This document shows positions 62,161-64,000 of a stretch of DNA of 64,000 nt, piece by piece. Source of the stretch: Mobula hypostoma (lineage: Eukaryota); contig NC_086100.1 of assembly GCF_963921235.1 (NCBI RefSeq), positions 204,788,001 through 204,852,000 of the forward strand. Direction: 5' to 3'. The position numbers and the translations under genes are program-made. Numbering within the stretch: position 1 is the first letter of the stretch; each line of letters starts with the position of its first letter. The notes under the pieces were generated by a model that was not told the DNA's origin, did no database searches, and saw only the letters and a list, made by a program, of their open reading frames with translations.

Positions 62161-63127
62161 TTGGATGTAAACGTGCACATGAAAGACATGCATATTCACA
62201 TCGCTTATACTTTATTGAACGGGGCTAACTAAAAGATCAACAAATCTATCAGTGAAAAATTGAAATAAGTTATAGCGAGGTACATTTACTCTGAGGTTTA
62301 ATCGAGTTTAACCTGGAGTAAGCGTGAGAGTGGGTGGGTCTGTGGGCACAACGCCTTCTTAACGAATCCCGTATCCCTATTGGTTGGTAACCTGGACTGA
62401 AATTATCTACTACCAATTGAAGCAAAATATCGCGGTAGTCATTTGACGATATAGTGCATGTATTACTAAATGACAATAAAAGAAGACTACGTATCTTCAT
62501 ATTGAAAGATATTTTGTCTGGGGGATGATAGGAGCACGGGTTACCAGCGCGAGCCACGGACCGCGATGCTGACGAAGCTCCATGAGAGGGCGCGTGTGGT
62601 GCAGTAGGCTGGACCGTGTGATGGCGCAAGAGAGCGATGGGGAGTCTGCAGAATGAGTGAAAGGGAACGGGAAGCGCGTCTTCTCTTTCCTGACCGTGCT
62701 TCCTTGCAACCGTTCGATTCCGCATCCCCTTCTGGGGTCCGGAATTACCACTGAAAACAGGATATAAATGCATAATTAGTGCTATATTAATTTTATGTTC
62801 GTCCAACTAAAAAAAATACATCTGCCTTTGCAAGCAGTCATACGATTGGTCTATTCCAAATCAGTTGTCACTGATTCTCTTGTGAACAGAGTAATGTGCA
62901 TACGTAGGCCAGCCAGCCCCTCAAAACGGCTACTTCAGGCAGTAATCTGATTTGAATCCGAGGGCCAAATCGAATAATTCAAGTGCAAGCGGGGCGGCTA
63001 TTGTTTTTCTTTCTGTCACTGATAAGAATGGCTTTTTCTCATCAGGCTTAGGCGACATCAGGTTAGGGTGAGGTACATTGTCTTGTAAGTTACTCGCTCT
63101 GTGCCCTCACTGCTTCATTCCTCATTT

Positions 63128-64000
63128 GTTTGGATGCATCAGCAAGGGAGATGAGGTTGAGTACAGGGCTACGGTAGGAAACTTTGTCACATGGTGTGAG
63201 CAGAATTATCTGCAGCTTAATGTGAAAAAGATTAAGGAGCTGGTGATAGACCTGAGAAGAGCTAAGGTACCGGTGACCCCCTGTTTCCATCCAGGGGGTC
63301 AGTGTGGACGTGGTGCAGGATTACAAATACCTGGGGATACGAATTGACAATAAACTGGACTGCTCTAAGAACACTGAGGCTGTCTACAAGAAGGATCAGA
63401 GCCGTCTCTATTTCCTGAGGCGACTGTGGTCCTTTAACATCCGCTGGACGATGCTGAGGATGTTCTACGAGTCTGTGGTGGCCAGTGCTATCATGTTTGC
63501 TGTTGTGCGCTGGGGCAGCAGGCTGAGGGTAGCAGACACCAACAGAATCAACAAACTCATTCGTAAGGCCAGTGATGTTGTAGGGATGGAACTGGACTCT
63601 CTCACGGTGGTGTCTGAAAAGAGGATGCTGTCTAAGTTGCATGCCATCTTGTTCAATGTCTCCCATCCACTACATAATGTACTGGGCGGGCACAGGAGTA
63701 CATTCAGCCAGAGACTCATTCCTCCGAGATGCAGCACAGAGCGTCATAGGAAGTCATTGCTGCCTGTGGCCATCAAACTTTACAACTCCTCCCTTGGAGG
63801 GTCAGACACCCTGAGCCGATAGGCTGGTCCTGGATTTATCTCATAATTTACTGGCAAAAATTACAGATTACTATTTAACTATTTATTACTATTTTCTATT
63901 AATATTCTATTACTATTTATTATTTCTATGACTATTACTATTTACTAATAGTAATATTACTATGACTATTTCTATTACTATTTATTATTTATGGTGCAAC
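63128..64000 (+). mobile_element. Rex1-type retrotransposon, 3' part
   Basis: WCEQNYLQLNVKK, YKYLG, SRLYFLRRL, FYESVVAS; AT-rich UTR. Confidence 0.85.

Overview
Eukaryotic, almost certainly vertebrate DNA. The CR1 3' tails, Rex1, Penelope and [14 protein letters not shown] zinc-finger exons suggest a cartilaginous fish (ray or shark); this is an inference. Most of the window is nested transposable-element debris: at least four CR1 LINE families (one full-length with an intact SGNH-esterase ORF1), L1, Rex1/Babar, an R4/Dong-like RLE element, Penelope-like elements carrying hammerhead-ribozyme motifs, Gmr1-type Gypsy elements (integrase upstream of RT), solo LTRs, a hAT transposon and hAT MITEs. 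The only host genes are two convergent paralogous C2H2 zinc-finger genes (CDS 14393-15127 on +; 47806 downward on -, disrupted by two LTR insertions). They lie in an old inverted segmental duplication (about 290-16775 vs 42605-57880). Best leads: (1) an in-phase U_UUA_AAC -1 frameshift heptamer at the ORF1/ORF2 overlap of several distinct CR1 families; (2) minimal type I hammerhead ribozymes in Penelope ends, including a 176-bp palindrome centred on the ribozyme; (3) two LTR insertions at nearly the same position of the zinc-finger repeat. No CRISPR, rRNA or tRNA genes were seen. Boundaries without a TSD are approximate.
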